Origin: Candidatus Bathyarchaeia archaeon
Lineage (GTDB): Archaea > Thermoproteota > Bathyarchaeia > Bathyarchaeales > Bathycorpusculaceae
Assembly (NCBI GenBank): GCA_049521795.1
Contig: JBEKOM010000001.1
Coordinates: forward strand, 352,001-416,000
Reading direction: 5' to 3'
Length of the DNA stretch: 64,000 bases
Shown: in pieces, positions 18,680 to 29,157 of the stretch
How positions within the stretch are numbered: position 1 is the stretch's first letter
Layout: every line of letters starts with the position of its first letter
The notes under the pieces: generated by a model
The model's input: only the letters and a program-made list of their open reading frames with translations
Database searches by the model: none
What the model was told of the DNA's origin: nothing
Made by a program: the position numbers and the translations under genes

Positions 18680-19720
18680 ATGGGCCTTGTAAACTCTCTG
18701 AAGAGGTTCTTGTTGGTTTTGGTTCTTCTGGCAGGAGTAACGTTGAGCGTCGCGCTCGTGTTTGACCAGCTGGTCGCTGGATCGACAAAGCTCTCCGTCC
18801 TGTTTGTGCAGACGATTAGAACCGTGCTGGTCATCGCTTTCGGCTCGATAATCATACTTTTCATACGGCGCTTCAGATCTCTCATAGCGAGCCGCGTCGG
18901 AGTTCATCCTGCAACAGTCTTACAATTCTTCATTGGTATCATAGTCGTCATCGTTATGACCTTTGCCGTTCTGAACATATTTCAGGTTCCACCGACGACG
19001 CTGCTGGTGGGCGGAGGCGTGGTCTCGATCGTCTTGGGCCTCGTAATATCCACGTTTGTCGGGAACATCCTGGCTGGAACGTTAGTGCTTATGACCAACC
19101 CGTACAGAGTGGGCGATGACGTTCTGGTGAATAACGTTCCGGGCAAGATAGTGGAGATAACGGCGATGACCACGCGGATAATGAACTATGCTGGCGGCCA
19201 GATGGTTATTCCCAACGCTGCGATAATTCAGGGAGCCGTGATCGTTACTAAGGTGTCTGGGCACGAAACCGTTTTGCAGAGCAGGCTTCCGTATTCTTTG
19301 GGCGACCGGGTCTACACAACCTACTTGAGTGCGGAGGGTGTGGTCAGGGAGCTTAATCAATTCTACACGAAGATTCTGTTGGACTCCGGTAGAGAACTGA
19401 CCTTTTTGAACAACAGTGTTCTCACCGGTTCGGTGGCTGTGGCAAAGATAAGCCCAGGCTTCGATGACGTGGTGAAATTCTCGCTCAAAGTTGACTGGGA
19501 ACCTGAGAAAGTGGCTAAGGCAATAAGGGACATGGCAGGCTCAAACCCTGAAACCTTCAAGTCAATTCCGACAGTGCTGTATTCTTCACTTGACCGAGAG
19601 ATAATCGAGTTTGAGATCACCTGCAAAGTTGACCCGAGCAAGAGAAGCGAAGCCAAGAGCATGATCATAGAAGCTGCCTATCGGTCAGGCGCGCGCGGAC
19701 TGAAGAAACGATCCAGCTAA
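18680..19720 (+). CDS. Mechanosensitive channel MscS family protein
   Basis: TM helices, GNILAG, PYRVGDDVLV..GKIVEIT and IPNA; a second beta-domain repeat (PYSLGDRV). Confidence 0.85.
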   Translation: MGLVNSLKRFLLVLVLLAGVTLSVALVFDQLVAGSTKLSVLFVQTIRTVLVIAFGSIIILFIRRFRSLIASRVGVHPATVLQFFIGIIVVIVMTFAVLNIFQVPPTTLLVGGGVVSIVLGLVISTFVGNILAGTLVLMTNPYRVGDDVLVNNVPGKIVEITAMTTRIMNYAGGQMVIPNAAIIQGAVIVTKVSGHETVLQSRLPYSLGDRVYTTYLSAEGVVRELNQFYTKILLDSGRELTFLNNSVLTGSVAVAKISPGFDDVVKFSLKVDWEPEKVAKAIRDMAGSNPETFKSIPTVLYSSLDREIIEFEITCKVDPSKRSEAKSMIIEAAYRSGARGLKKRSS

Positions 19721-19771
19721 CTTTGCATCCGTCTCAAGCATGCGCAAGACAAATATAGAATCGCCGAGTTT

Positions 19772-20950
19772 TTGATCAAACCGAGTGTGAGGAAGATCGG
19801 AAGCAAGGTTAGCCGCATCGGGTACATCAACAGGATCATGGACAACCTGCTCAACCTTAGAAAAAGAGAGCTAACCCCATTGTACGAAGACCTCAAGGCT
19901 GCTGACTGCGTGATCTGCGGTGGGTCTGGCAGGTCGCTGTATTCCCTTAATGCAGCGATGAGTCAGATTGCGATCAGCCACATAGGGTGGAGGAACAAGG
20001 TCGTGCTAACCCCAGATGACCCGGGTTTTCCGGGGAAAAACATGTACGACGCTGCGGCAGGACTTGAAAGGCGGTACAACAAGACGTTGCTCTTGATAAA
20101 CTCTGGAAGCGGCGTCTCTGGAGACCCACTGGGTCTCGCCCAGGACCTTTGTAGGTACATCGGCGAAAAGAAGACGTCAAAGTTTTCCATAGGGCTCATT
20201 ACGTCTAACATGAGTTCACCGTTAGCAGAAATCGTCTCAAATAGTGGGCACGTTATCGAGCTGAGAGGCCGAGGGAGGGCGAAGCCTTCGCTTGATTATG
20301 GCAAGACAGGGATCATGGGCGATGTCTTCGAATTGGGCAGTCTTCTTCTTCTATCCATGATGACGGAAGCCATTTTTCGAAACTTGGAGGCAGGCGAGGT
20401 TTTTCGTCTCTGCGAAGAAGAGTTTGCCAAGCTGGGGCCGTTGGTGGACTCAATAGTTGAGTCTGAAGTCTACACGCATCTTGTAGACATCTTGGAAAAA
20501 CGGACAAGCGTGTTTCTCGGCGGAAAAGGTACGGGCAGCGAAATTGTCAAGATGGTTGCAGTGAGGCTCTTTCACATCAAGAGCACGCTGGGAGACAACG
20601 TGTACATAGCCAGAGGCGTGAACACGCCGCCTCCGAGACCGGGCGACCTTGAAATTCTAGTGTCCTTCTCTGGCGAAACCAAGCCCGTCATAGCCTGGGC
20701 AGACACTTTGAAGAAATTGAACGGAACGGTTCTTTCAATCACTGGAACAAGAAAATCAACTCTGACCGAAAAGTCGGACCTGCAGATAGTGTTGGATGAA
20801 GAAACTAAGCCAGGAACGCCTAGAAGGTTCTACATGAGGACAGCGTACGTCCTGAGCCCACTGCCAGTCAGACTCGTCGAGAGACTGGGAGAAAAAGGGC
20901 TAAAGCTGCCCGAATACATAATCAACTGGCATCACTCGCTCACTGATTAG
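19772..20950 (+). CDS. Tandem SIS-domain protein (6-phospho-3-hexuloisomerase-like duplication)
   Basis: GSGRS...NSGSG...MGDVFE in the first half; GKGTG...SFSGET...ITG in the second half. Confidence 0.75.
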   Translation: MIKPSVRKIGSKVSRIGYINRIMDNLLNLRKRELTPLYEDLKAADCVICGGSGRSLYSLNAAMSQIAISHIGWRNKVVLTPDDPGFPGKNMYDAAAGLERRYNKTLLLINSGSGVSGDPLGLAQDLCRYIGEKKTSKFSIGLITSNMSSPLAEIVSNSGHVIELRGRGRAKPSLDYGKTGIMGDVFELGSLLLLSMMTEAIFRNLEAGEVFRLCEEEFAKLGPLVDSIVESEVYTHLVDILEKRTSVFLGGKGTGSEIVKMVAVRLFHIKSTLGDNVYIARGVNTPPPRPGDLEILVSFSGETKPVIAWADTLKKLNGTVLSITGTRKSTLTEKSDLQIVLDEETKPGTPRRFYMRTAYVLSPLPVRLVERLGEKGLKLPEYIINWHHSLTD

Positions 20951-20962
20951 GGACTCGCGGTC

Positions 20963-21280
20963 CTAAGACGTTCGCGAGTGTGCACCGGTCTTTCCAAAGA
21001 TCTCTTCCAGTCGTCGCTTGTGAACCTCGCGCGTGGTGAGCGGTTAAATTTCTCTGTCAGTGTAGAAGAACAGCGGGTCTTCACCCACTATGCTTGCCAG
21101 TTGTTCATCCGAGTCTGCGTTCACTATCAGAACATCGCCTTGATGACCTATCAGATGGTACGAAACCTCAACAGTCTTCTTCTTTTCCAACCCGTCAAGA
21201 TACTTGAAGTGTGCCGGAAGAAGCTTAGCCCAGATATCCACACTGGTCGGTCTCATCTTGGTAATTATTAAGAACTTCAT
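20963..21280 (-). pseudogene. Muconolactone-isomerase-like small protein with an internal TAA
   Basis: MKFLIIT...IVNADSDEQL..IVGEDPLFFYTDREI*PLTTREVHKRRLEEIFGK; the protein-like frame continues past the TAA at 21044-21046. Confidence 0.55.
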
Positions 21281-21498
21281 CTTAGGTCGTTCTTCACTCT
21301 TAAGCTCAGCATATAAATGATTTTTGGAAAATTGCGCGGCTTCTTCCCCCATGCTGGTTTGCTGCTTAGCGTGCTGGCGCGTTGAATTCTAAGCCTCACA
21401 GCGGGCGTTTGCTGAAACCCTGCGGAGCGTGTTGAAAGCGTAGTTGAGAAGACTTTAATTGTTTGCGCAAAGATAGCTGCTTCAAGGGTTAGAGGGCG

Positions 21499-21843
21499 TT
21501 GACAAGAAGAAGCATTGGCTACTTGCAGAGATTTAACCGTCTTCTCGTTTGGCCTACTGTGGTGCTTCTGATAATCTTTGTGATTTCGGGATTTGGTATC
21601 GATAACCCGACGATGACGAGCGATCTGACTGGAGGCGTGTTTACGCGCAGCTTCTCACTGTACCTGCATCTGAATCTGGCCGTGCCCGTTCTGATATTGC
21701 TGATGATTCACGTGCTGATCGCGTTGAAGACCGCTTTGACACGGTGGGGACTGGGAGAGGAAAAGCTGTTGAATGTTGTTCTCATCGCACTGGGCCTTTT
21801 TGTCACGGTTCTGATTGTTCTGGCGCGGTATCTGGTGTTCTGA
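21499..21843 (+). CDS. 3-TM membrane protein with two His (cytochrome b-like?)
   Basis: ISGFG in TM1 and LHL...IHV in TM2. Confidence 0.65.
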   Translation: MTRRSIGYLQRFNRLLVWPTVVLLIIFVISGFGIDNPTMTSDLTGGVFTRSFSLYLHLNLAVPVLILLMIHVLIALKTALTRWGLGEEKLLNVVLIALGLFVTVLIVLARYLVF

Positions 21844-21883
21844 GACGTTGAAATGTGCAATGATCAATTCTTTGTGATTTGCG

Positions 21884-22595
21884 TCACTTGTTCTTCCGAC
21901 TCTTCAGGACCATCCTTCTGTAGATTGCGCCTAGGATTATGGCCACGAATAAGACAACAGGTATTATCAGCAGCAACCATGGAAACTCCGTGGTCGCACT
22001 GAGTATTTCCATTTTCACCACGAATTTGACCCAGTATGTGGACTCCGTTGCCAGTCGTTCCGGTCCAACGATCGCAAGGCGCAGGGGGCCTTCATCTGAA
22101 GAAAGGTTCGCACCGTCAAAGAAGTATGCCAGAATCGGAGTGAGAGATTGGTTGTGAGGCGCTTGTTGACCTGTCACAGGGTCGAATGTTGTGAAATTAC
22201 CGTTCACTTCATCATAAACTAAGAGTCTTGGTGTAGTTGTCAGATGCTATTATTCTGAGGCTACTGCCGTTAGCTAATCCTCCTACTAGATTACAGAAGG
22301 CTATCAACGGGACCCCCGTGTAGTTTCCTAGACCTCTGATGAATCCGCCCTGGGTTTCATACCCTCCATAAGCCATGTAAGAGAGGAGGCTTCCAATGTC
22401 GCTAGAGGTCAAGACGAGCTGGGTGCCATTTGCCGCGACGAGAGTAACAGTCATTTGAGGAAGATTGATGGCGGCAGCCGCCGCCTGTACCCTCGCACTT
22501 GAACAGTAAACTGTGCTGGTGGCTAGCAAAACCAGCGTGACTATGAGAAGAACGCGTTTTCCGTAACTGCTTTCTAGTTTGTGATGCGACTTCAT
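21884..22595 (-). pseudogene. Frameshifted secreted/membrane-anchored molybdopterin-oxidoreductase-like domain protein
   Basis: ORFs 22212-22595 and 21884-22207 join (YTGVPL...IIASDNYTKTLS-YDEVNGNF...GPLRLAI...WVKFVVKMEI) if one A is removed at 22216-22218. Confidence 0.7.
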
Positions 22596-22758
22596 GTTTT
22601 CACTTGTGACATCATTGGACAGTTTGTCTAACGGTATGCGTTGCGCGCATTAAAAGCGTTCTTGACCGAGCTTGATCAGTTGCTTCGGTTGGTGCGAGGT
22701 ACGAAGGCAAAATGCATATAGGTATGACGTAAGTCATATTCTTTGAGGCGAGGGAACG

Positions 22759-23424
22759 ATGGATGCAAGGAAAATCCTCTTGCTGGCGATTCTCGCGATA
22801 ATAGTGGTCGCTGCCGCATTCGTGGGAAATTGGGTGTGGACCAGCCTGACCAGCGGTCCAACAATCACTTATAACGGGGAAATCAGGGTGTACAACGGGA
22901 TGCAGCTCGGGTCGATAAATGATTTCAGACTCGAAGCGATAACTGGTGTACAATACATAAACGTGAGTTCTTACCAGCTTGCTGTCACAGGGCTTGTTCA
23001 AAACCAAACAGTCTACACATACGACGACATTGTTAACAACCACACAAGTTACCTGAAAGTTGTCACGCTCAACTGCGTGGAAGGCTGGTCAGTCAGGGCT
23101 TTGTGGCAGGGTGTACTCGTGAAGGATCTCCTTGAAGAAGCTGGGTACGATCAAAGTGCCCAAGTCGTAATATTCTATGCTCAAGATGGATACACGACAA
23201 GCCTGCCGCTTTCCTACATAGTGAACAACAACATAATGATAGCCTACAAAATAAACAACGTAACCCTTCCGGCACGAGAAGGCTACCCGTTTCAATTAGT
23301 TGCCGAAGGCAAGTACGGGTACAAGTGGATAAAGTGGATAACCAAGATGGAAGTATCCAACGACACCGGCTTTCGAGGCTATTGGGAAAGCAATGGATTC
23401 CCCAACGATGCCAACTTACCATGA
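22759..23424 (+). CDS. Sulfite oxidase-family molybdopterin-dependent oxidoreductase (MsrP/YuiH-like), N-terminal TM
   Basis: LNCVEGWS, WQGVLV, DGYTTSLPL, GYPFQLV, GKYGYKWIKWI and GYWE. Confidence 0.88.
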   Translation: MDARKILLLAILAIIVVAAAFVGNWVWTSLTSGPTITYNGEIRVYNGMQLGSINDFRLEAITGVQYINVSSYQLAVTGLVQNQTVYTYDDIVNNHTSYLKVVTLNCVEGWSVRALWQGVLVKDLLEEAGYDQSAQVVIFYAQDGYTTSLPLSYIVNNNIMIAYKINNVTLPAREGYPFQLVAEGKYGYKWIKWITKMEVSNDTGFRGYWESNGFPNDANLP

Positions 23425-23819
23425 TGCCTGAATCTCACGCTGCTTTTCTGAACAAGACCTTGCTGTGTCGTGTATTCTGAGTAGCCCTTCACAGAGCTTG
23501 AGGCGTGTCCTTGGTAGATAAAGACGTATCCCCTCCTAGGTTTCAACGTACCATGGATATTTGGATCCAAATATATCCCCGTCTCCAACGTGCCTTTTGA
23601 GTCTGATCTGCTCGGCCAAAGGTCGCTTTCTGATACGCGAAAACACGGTAGGATATTTGCGCGCGCTTTTCTTATGTGGTTGAATACTGATTATGTGTCG
23701 AGTTTGGAGTCGTTTTTGAATACTGATTTTGAATTCGCAAGTGTTAATCGGGACCGAGGCATTGAAGGAAACATTGCTGTTGCACGTGCATGTAATGGCC
23801 AGTGTGAAGTGCGATTTGC

Positions 23820-26800
23820 ATGGTTGAATCTGCTGTTCAGTCTCGAGCCGAAATAGTTGTGGGTTCTAGTGAGAACAAACTGATTCGCGTCTTGCATGTT
23901 GACGACGAACTTGGTTTCTTGAAAATAGCGAAGCAATGCTTGGAAATGCAGGGGCCGTTTCACGTTGATACGGCAGGTTCTGTTGGAGAAGCTTTGAACA
24001 AACTGAAAGAGACGGAGTACGATGCAGTAGTCTCAGATTATCAAATGCCTGGGAAAGATGGGCTTGAATTTCTGGAAATGCTGAGAAAGAACGGAAACAC
24101 TATCCCATTTGTCATGTTCACTGGAAAAGGAAGGGAGGAAGTTGCTGTTAAGGCGTGGAGTCTGGGCGCTGATCATTATGTTAACAAGACTGGCGATCCT
24201 GAAACAGTGTATTGCGAACTGGCGCATTGTCTGCGGTCTACTGTGGAGAAACACTTCGCAGAAGCCCAGATGAAGGAGACAGTCCAGAAGCTTCAAACGA
24301 TATACCAGAATGCGGTCGAAGGGATCTCGTATGTGGATGCTGAAGAGAACATCGTTTATGCCAACAAAGCGTTTGCAGGGATAGTTGGTTATGAACAAGA
24401 CCAGCTTGCAGGCATGAGCCTGCGCAGATTAGCTGACGATGAAAACTGGGCAAGAATAGAAAATGAGACAAATCGACGTCGGCAAGGAGAATCCAGCCGC
24501 TATGAAGTAGAGTTCCGCAGAAGCGATGGCACGGTTCGAAATACTCTGATTTCAGGTGCTCCCTTGCTTGATCATGATGGACGGTTCGTAGGCACAATCG
24601 GCATAGTTCTTGACATCACAGAACAGAAGAAGACCAAAGAAGCCATCAAAGAGTCAGAAGAGAGATTCAAAAGCATTTTCGAAAGTGTCGATGACGGTCT
24701 AATATATCTGGATACAACTGGAAGGATTATCGAGATCAATAGAAAAGCGGTAGAATTCTTCGGCGGGTCCAAAGAAGAACTCTTGGGAAAGCACTTCACA
24801 AAAATCGGCATATTCCCTATCAAAGAGATGCCCACCCTCACGAAGAGGTTCGTAGATATTCTACTTGGTAAAAGAACTATTCTTGACATTACAATCAAGA
24901 ACAAGAAAGGCCAGGCAATTCCATTAGAATGCTCAGCTTCTCTTTCGAAAGCATATGACAAATCAACGATAGCAGTGGTCGCCAGAGACATGACCGAGCG
25001 CAGAGAAAGGGAACGACTTCTGAGAGAAAGAGAGGAAAAATACCGATCACTAGTCGAGCAATCAATGCAGGGAATAGTGATCGCGCAAGGATCGATACCT
25101 CATATGGTCTTCGCTAACTTTGCCATGTCAAAGATTCTGGGTTACAGTGTTGAGGAATTGCTGTCACTCTCGCCTCAACAGACGATAGGTCTCGTGCATC
25201 AGGACGATCGGGAGCTCTTTTTCGGACGATTCAAAGATCGGTTGGAAGGAAAGCCCGTGCCGCCACAATACGAGGTTCGCGGAATCAGAAAAGACGGAAC
25301 TATTGTTTGGCTTGAACTGTCTTCTGCTCGAATAGAATATGGTGGGCAACCAGCCGTGCAAGCAATATTTACGGACATAACTGAACGCAAGAAAACAGAG
25401 GAAGAGGCGTTTGCTGAAAGAGATAGGCTTGAAACGGTTACAAGAAGCATTGGTGCGGGGCTTGCCATCATTTCGAAAGATTACCGGACCCTTTGGGCGA
25501 ATGACGTTCTCAAGAAGATATTCGGCGATGTGGAGGGCAAGATCTGCTATTCAGTCTACAATCAGAGAAGCAGCATTTGCCCAGGATGTGGAGTTCGAGA
25601 GATTTTTGAAGCTGGAAAAGCCAAGGTTGTTCACGAACAAGTGGGAAAGGATGTAGACGGAAAAACTGTCTGGTCAGAGATTACGGCTACGCCAGTTAAG
25701 GACAGAGATGGAAATATCACAGCGGTGCTGGAGCTGGTCGTACCCATCACTGAACGCAAGAAAGCTGAAGAACAGAAGAACAGGCTTGCTTATGACCTCA
25801 ATGAACGTGCCAAGGAACTCCGCTGCTTGTATGGCATATCCAAGCTGGTTGAAACGTCTAGAATTACGTTAGATGGCATATTGCAGGGGACGACGAATCT
25901 GCTTCCTGAAGCTTGGCAGTACCCTGAAATCACTGGGGCAAGAGTAGTCCTCGAGGATCAAGAGTTTGTGACATCCAACTTCAAGGAGACCCGTTGGAGG
26001 CAGCAGTCCGAAATCAACGTGCAGGGAAGGAGCGCAGGTTTTGTGGAAGTCTGCTACCTCGAGGAAAAGCCAGACATTGCTGAAGGTCCATTCCTTAAAG
26101 AGGAAAGAATGCTGATAGACGCCGTTGCCGAGAGACTGGGTCGAATCATAGAAAGAATCAGAACTGAGGAGTGCCTGAAAAGCTCAAATGAACGACTGGG
26201 AATCATGTTCGAGAATGCGCCTGACGCCTACTACATTAGTGATCTTGCGGGTCATTTCATAGACGGGAACAGAGTTGCGGAGGAAATGACTGGCTACCGA
26301 AAAGATGAGCTTATCGGAAAAAGCTTTCTGCAACTGGGCCTCCTCTCAAAGAAGCAAATACCCACAGCAGTCAAACTGTTGGCTCTGAACTCTCTGGGCA
26401 AGTCGACTGGACCTGACGAGCTTGTATTGAACCGAAAAGACGGCACATGGGTCGTGGTGGAAATCAGAACAGTGCCAACGAAAATTGGCGACAAAACGGT
26501 GGTGCTTGGCATCGCCCGCGACGTAACAGAGCGCACGAAGATCCAGAAGACGATGGCAGAGAATCAGGCGAAATTCAAGGCTTTATTCGTGGGCAGTCCT
26601 GAAGCTGGAGTCTTTCTCGATGGGGACTTTCACGTTGCAGATATTAACCCTCGCTTCGAGGAGCTTTTCGGATACTCTCTTGCAGAGATCAAGGGAAAGC
26701 ACATCAACGATGCCGTAGTGCCGAGTGACAAGTTGAAAGAGGCACGATCGCTAGACTGCCAAGCAATTCAAGGTTACGCCCATCGAAACACGTGGAGAAG

Positions 26801-27599
26801 ACGGAAAGATAGGTCTCTCGTACCCGTTTCCGTATCTGTTGCGCCAATAATCATCGAAGACCGACTCGCAGGCTACATTGGCATATACAAGGACATTTCT
26901 GAACTGAGGAACACTCAGAAAAAGCTGGAGACTATGAACGAGAAGCTTCGAGTGGTCGGTGGACTGACGAGACATGACGTTCGAAACAAACTCTCTTTAA
27001 TAACTGGCAACATTTACCTTACCAAGAAGAAACTAGTGGATCATCCTGACGTTCTCGGAAACTTCAACGACATGCAGTCGGCTTGCGAACAAATCGTGAG
27101 AATATTCGAGTTCGCCAAAGATTATGAGAGGCTAGGCATCGAGGAACTAGGCTTCGTGAACGTGGAGACAACGGTTGACAAGGCTGTAAGCCTATTCTCA
27201 GACTTGAAAGGGCTTAGGATCGTGAACGAGTGCCACGGGTTAACTGTTCTGGCTGATTCGCTTTTGGAGCGATTCTTCTACAACTTGATTGATAACTCGC
27301 TAAAGTATGGCGAGAAGCTTACAAAAATCAGAATCTATTACGAAAAATCTGAGAGTCAGCTGAAACTAATCTATGAAGATGACGGCGTAGGCATACCCAA
27401 GGATGCTAAAACAAAGCTCTTCACTGAAGGTTTCACCACTGGCAAAGGCTCAGGCTACGGGCTTTACCTAATTGGAAGGATCATGGAGGTTTATGGTTGG
27501 ACAATCAACGAAACAGGCACGCATGGCAAAGGAGCACAATTCACAATAAACATGCCTAGGGCTAAACCGGACGGAAGACAAAACTACAAACTTCGCTGA
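23820..27599 (+). CDS. Hybrid sensor histidine kinase: REC + ~6 PAS + GAF-like + HisKA/HATPase
   Basis: LHVDDE, SDYQMP, FTGKG; repeated PAS ends (DITERK); TRHDVRN, NLIDNSLKYG, DDGVG and GSGYGL. Confidence 0.92.
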   Translation: MVESAVQSRAEIVVGSSENKLIRVLHVDDELGFLKIAKQCLEMQGPFHVDTAGSVGEALNKLKETEYDAVVSDYQMPGKDGLEFLEMLRKNGNTIPFVMFTGKGREEVAVKAWSLGADHYVNKTGDPETVYCELAHCLRSTVEKHFAEAQMKETVQKLQTIYQNAVEGISYVDAEENIVYANKAFAGIVGYEQDQLAGMSLRRLADDENWARIENETNRRRQGESSRYEVEFRRSDGTVRNTLISGAPLLDHDGRFVGTIGIVLDITEQKKTKEAIKESEERFKSIFESVDDGLIYLDTTGRIIEINRKAVEFFGGSKEELLGKHFTKIGIFPIKEMPTLTKRFVDILLGKRTILDITIKNKKGQAIPLECSASLSKAYDKSTIAVVARDMTERRERERLLREREEKYRSLVEQSMQGIVIAQGSIPHMVFANFAMSKILGYSVEELLSLSPQQTIGLVHQDDRELFFGRFKDRLEGKPVPPQYEVRGIRKDGTIVWLELSSARIEYGGQPAVQAIFTDITERKKTEEEAFAERDRLETVTRSIGAGLAIISKDYRTLWANDVLKKIFGDVEGKICYSVYNQRSSICPGCGVREIFEAGKAKVVHEQVGKDVDGKTVWSEITATPVKDRDGNITAVLELVVPITERKKAEEQKNRLAYDLNERAKELRCLYGISKLVETSRITLDGILQGTTNLLPEAWQYPEITGARVVLEDQEFVTSNFKETRWRQQSEINVQGRSAGFVEVCYLEEKPDIAEGPFLKEERMLIDAVAERLGRIIERIRTEECLKSSNERLGIMFENAPDAYYISDLAGHFIDGNRVAEEMTGYRKDELIGKSFLQLGLLSKKQIPTAVKLLALNSLGKSTGPDELVLNRKDGTWVVVEIRTVPTKIGDKTVVLGIARDVTERTKIQKTMAENQAKFKALFVGSPEAGVFLDGDFHVADINPRFEELFGYSLAEIKGKHINDAVVPSDKLKEARSLDCQAIQGYAHRNTWRRRKDRSLVPVSVSVAPIIIEDRLAGYIGIYKDISELRNTQKKLETMNEKLRVVGGLTRHDVRNKLSLITGNIYLTKKKLVDHPDVLGNFNDMQSACEQIVRIFEFAKDYERLGIEELGFVNVETTVDKAVSLFSDLKGLRIVNECHGLTVLADSLLERFFYNLIDNSLKYGEKLTKIRIYYEKSESQLKLIYEDDGVGIPKDAKTKLFTEGFTTGKGSGYGLYLIGRIMEVYGWTINETGTHGKGAQFTINMPRAKPDGRQNYKLR

Positions 27600-27843
27600 A
27601 TCCAAGTCTTGACAGAGCATTGACAGAGGTCTCAAAAGCAAGGGCGTGCGCGTTGCCTAGTAGTTCGTCGTTAACCCCGAGTCCCTTCAGAGTCATTAAT
27701 ATTCGCGCGCTGTGAATACACGGACGGCGCAAAACTGTTTAAGAAGAAAAAGCTGTATTATTCCACGCTAGCTAAAGCCGAAACTGGGCTGTAGTCTGGT
27801 GTTGGGGCGCGCGCGCGAACGTTTAAGTGGAGAACGGAAAATT

Positions 27844-28287
27844 GTGAATAGAAAATGGAAAGCTGTCGGTCTAGTGCTGGGGATTGTAATAGTTGTTGTA
27901 ATAGTTGCTTTTTTTGCTTTGTCTTATCTAGGACTTAATCCGCTTTATCAATTTCCGTCAGCCTATACTAAAGTTGTTGTTCCATCGGGAAACTACGGTT
28001 CATACACCGATAGTGGGAGTTACGCAACGACTGTATACACTTTTGCATGGGGGTCTTCTGAGGTAATTTATGGACAGTATAATGACCAAACGAAAGCGTT
28101 TTTTGTCGGTACGATATCCTATGTCAAAGATTCTATTGTGCCCAGTAATCAGAATTTTACATCCTATCCAGTTAGTCTCGATACTACATACGAGATGGGT
28201 TCCAAATCTTCAGTATATGGTGGAATAGAAATCAAGGTTTCAGAGATTCACTCAGACTACATTGTTCTGTTGGTCAAACCTTTATGA
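27844..28287 (+). CDS. Hypothetical membrane-anchored protein
   Basis: N-terminal TM helix followed by a beta-rich Ser/Tyr domain. Confidence 0.65.
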   Translation: MNRKWKAVGLVLGIVIVVVIVAFFALSYLGLNPLYQFPSAYTKVVVPSGNYGSYTDSGSYATTVYTFAWGSSEVIYGQYNDQTKAFFVGTISYVKDSIVPSNQNFTSYPVSLDTTYEMGSKSSVYGGIEIKVSEIHSDYIVLLVKPL

Positions 28288-28301
28288 CAAAAAGACAAAA
28301 G

Positions 28302-29157
28302 AGCGCGCGCTGTCGGGGTGGAGCTGACAGGGTTGTTCGTGATATTGCTCGGAAAATTTTGTTTTCTCGTCGTTAGCGAGCGCTTCACAAGATTATTATA
28401 ATGAAGGAATCATTGATTAAAGATGTGGCGCACATTGGCGTGGGCTACGACGGTTCTGTGGCCTTCTTTTGAAGGAAGGTCAAAAAGGTGAGTGCATGAC
28501 TAGAAGCAGGCCGATGGGTGTTACTACAGTGGGAATTCTGACGATATTCAGTGCACTGGCGCTATTTTATTTGGCACTTAGTATTTGGTTAGTATCGGCG
28601 TTAATGGGACCGTTTGCGTGGAGTGGTTTTGAATCCTATGTTCTGGGATTTGGGGTTATCTTGTTGGTTGATGCAGTTTCGATTTTGAGGGGTGTACGGT
28701 TTGGTTGGCATTTTTCGGTTGTTGTATGGATTCTGATGTTTGTTTTTCTCTGCGTCGTCTACTACTCGTGGGGCCTCTTCGGACACTTTGGCGTGTATTT
28801 CATGGGTGGATATCCTGATTTCGAGAGCATACGGACTGACTTTGTTTTGGCATGTCCATTTCTCTACGTTATTGGTTGCTTGCTATACTTCCAGAAGAGG
28901 CATGTGAAAGAGTATTTCGGCGCATAATCTTCGCGTTCGCTCGTGCTTCTTGCGGTTGAGGGTGTTTCGGCTTTTTGCGGAACGTGGGCTTTGTTAGCGC
29001 GCGCTGTTTTGGCTTGTATTAATTCAAGCATCAATTCGTCTAGTAGGTGCGATTTCTTTGATGATTTGTTTGGGTCTGATGGTTTGCCTAATTGGGTTGT
29101 AGATGAGAGTTTGTCGTATGGGTAGCGGTAGCTCTGTTTGTTGATGTAGCGCGCGCT
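28302..29157. repeat. Three exact copies of palindrome AGCGCGCGCT (28302, 28996, 29148)
   Basis: Read directly. Related copies at 27704, 27807-27817 and 30480-30485. Confidence 0.8.
28496..28927 (+). CDS. Hypothetical 4-TM membrane protein
   Basis: RPMGVT start, four TM segments, YFQKRHVKEYFG end; GGTGA RBS upstream. Confidence 0.75.
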   Translation: MTRSRPMGVTTVGILTIFSALALFYLALSIWLVSALMGPFAWSGFESYVLGFGVILLVDAVSILRGVRFGWHFSVVVWILMFVFLCVVYYSWGLFGHFGVYFMGGYPDFESIRTDFVLACPFLYVIGCLLYFQKRHVKEYFGA

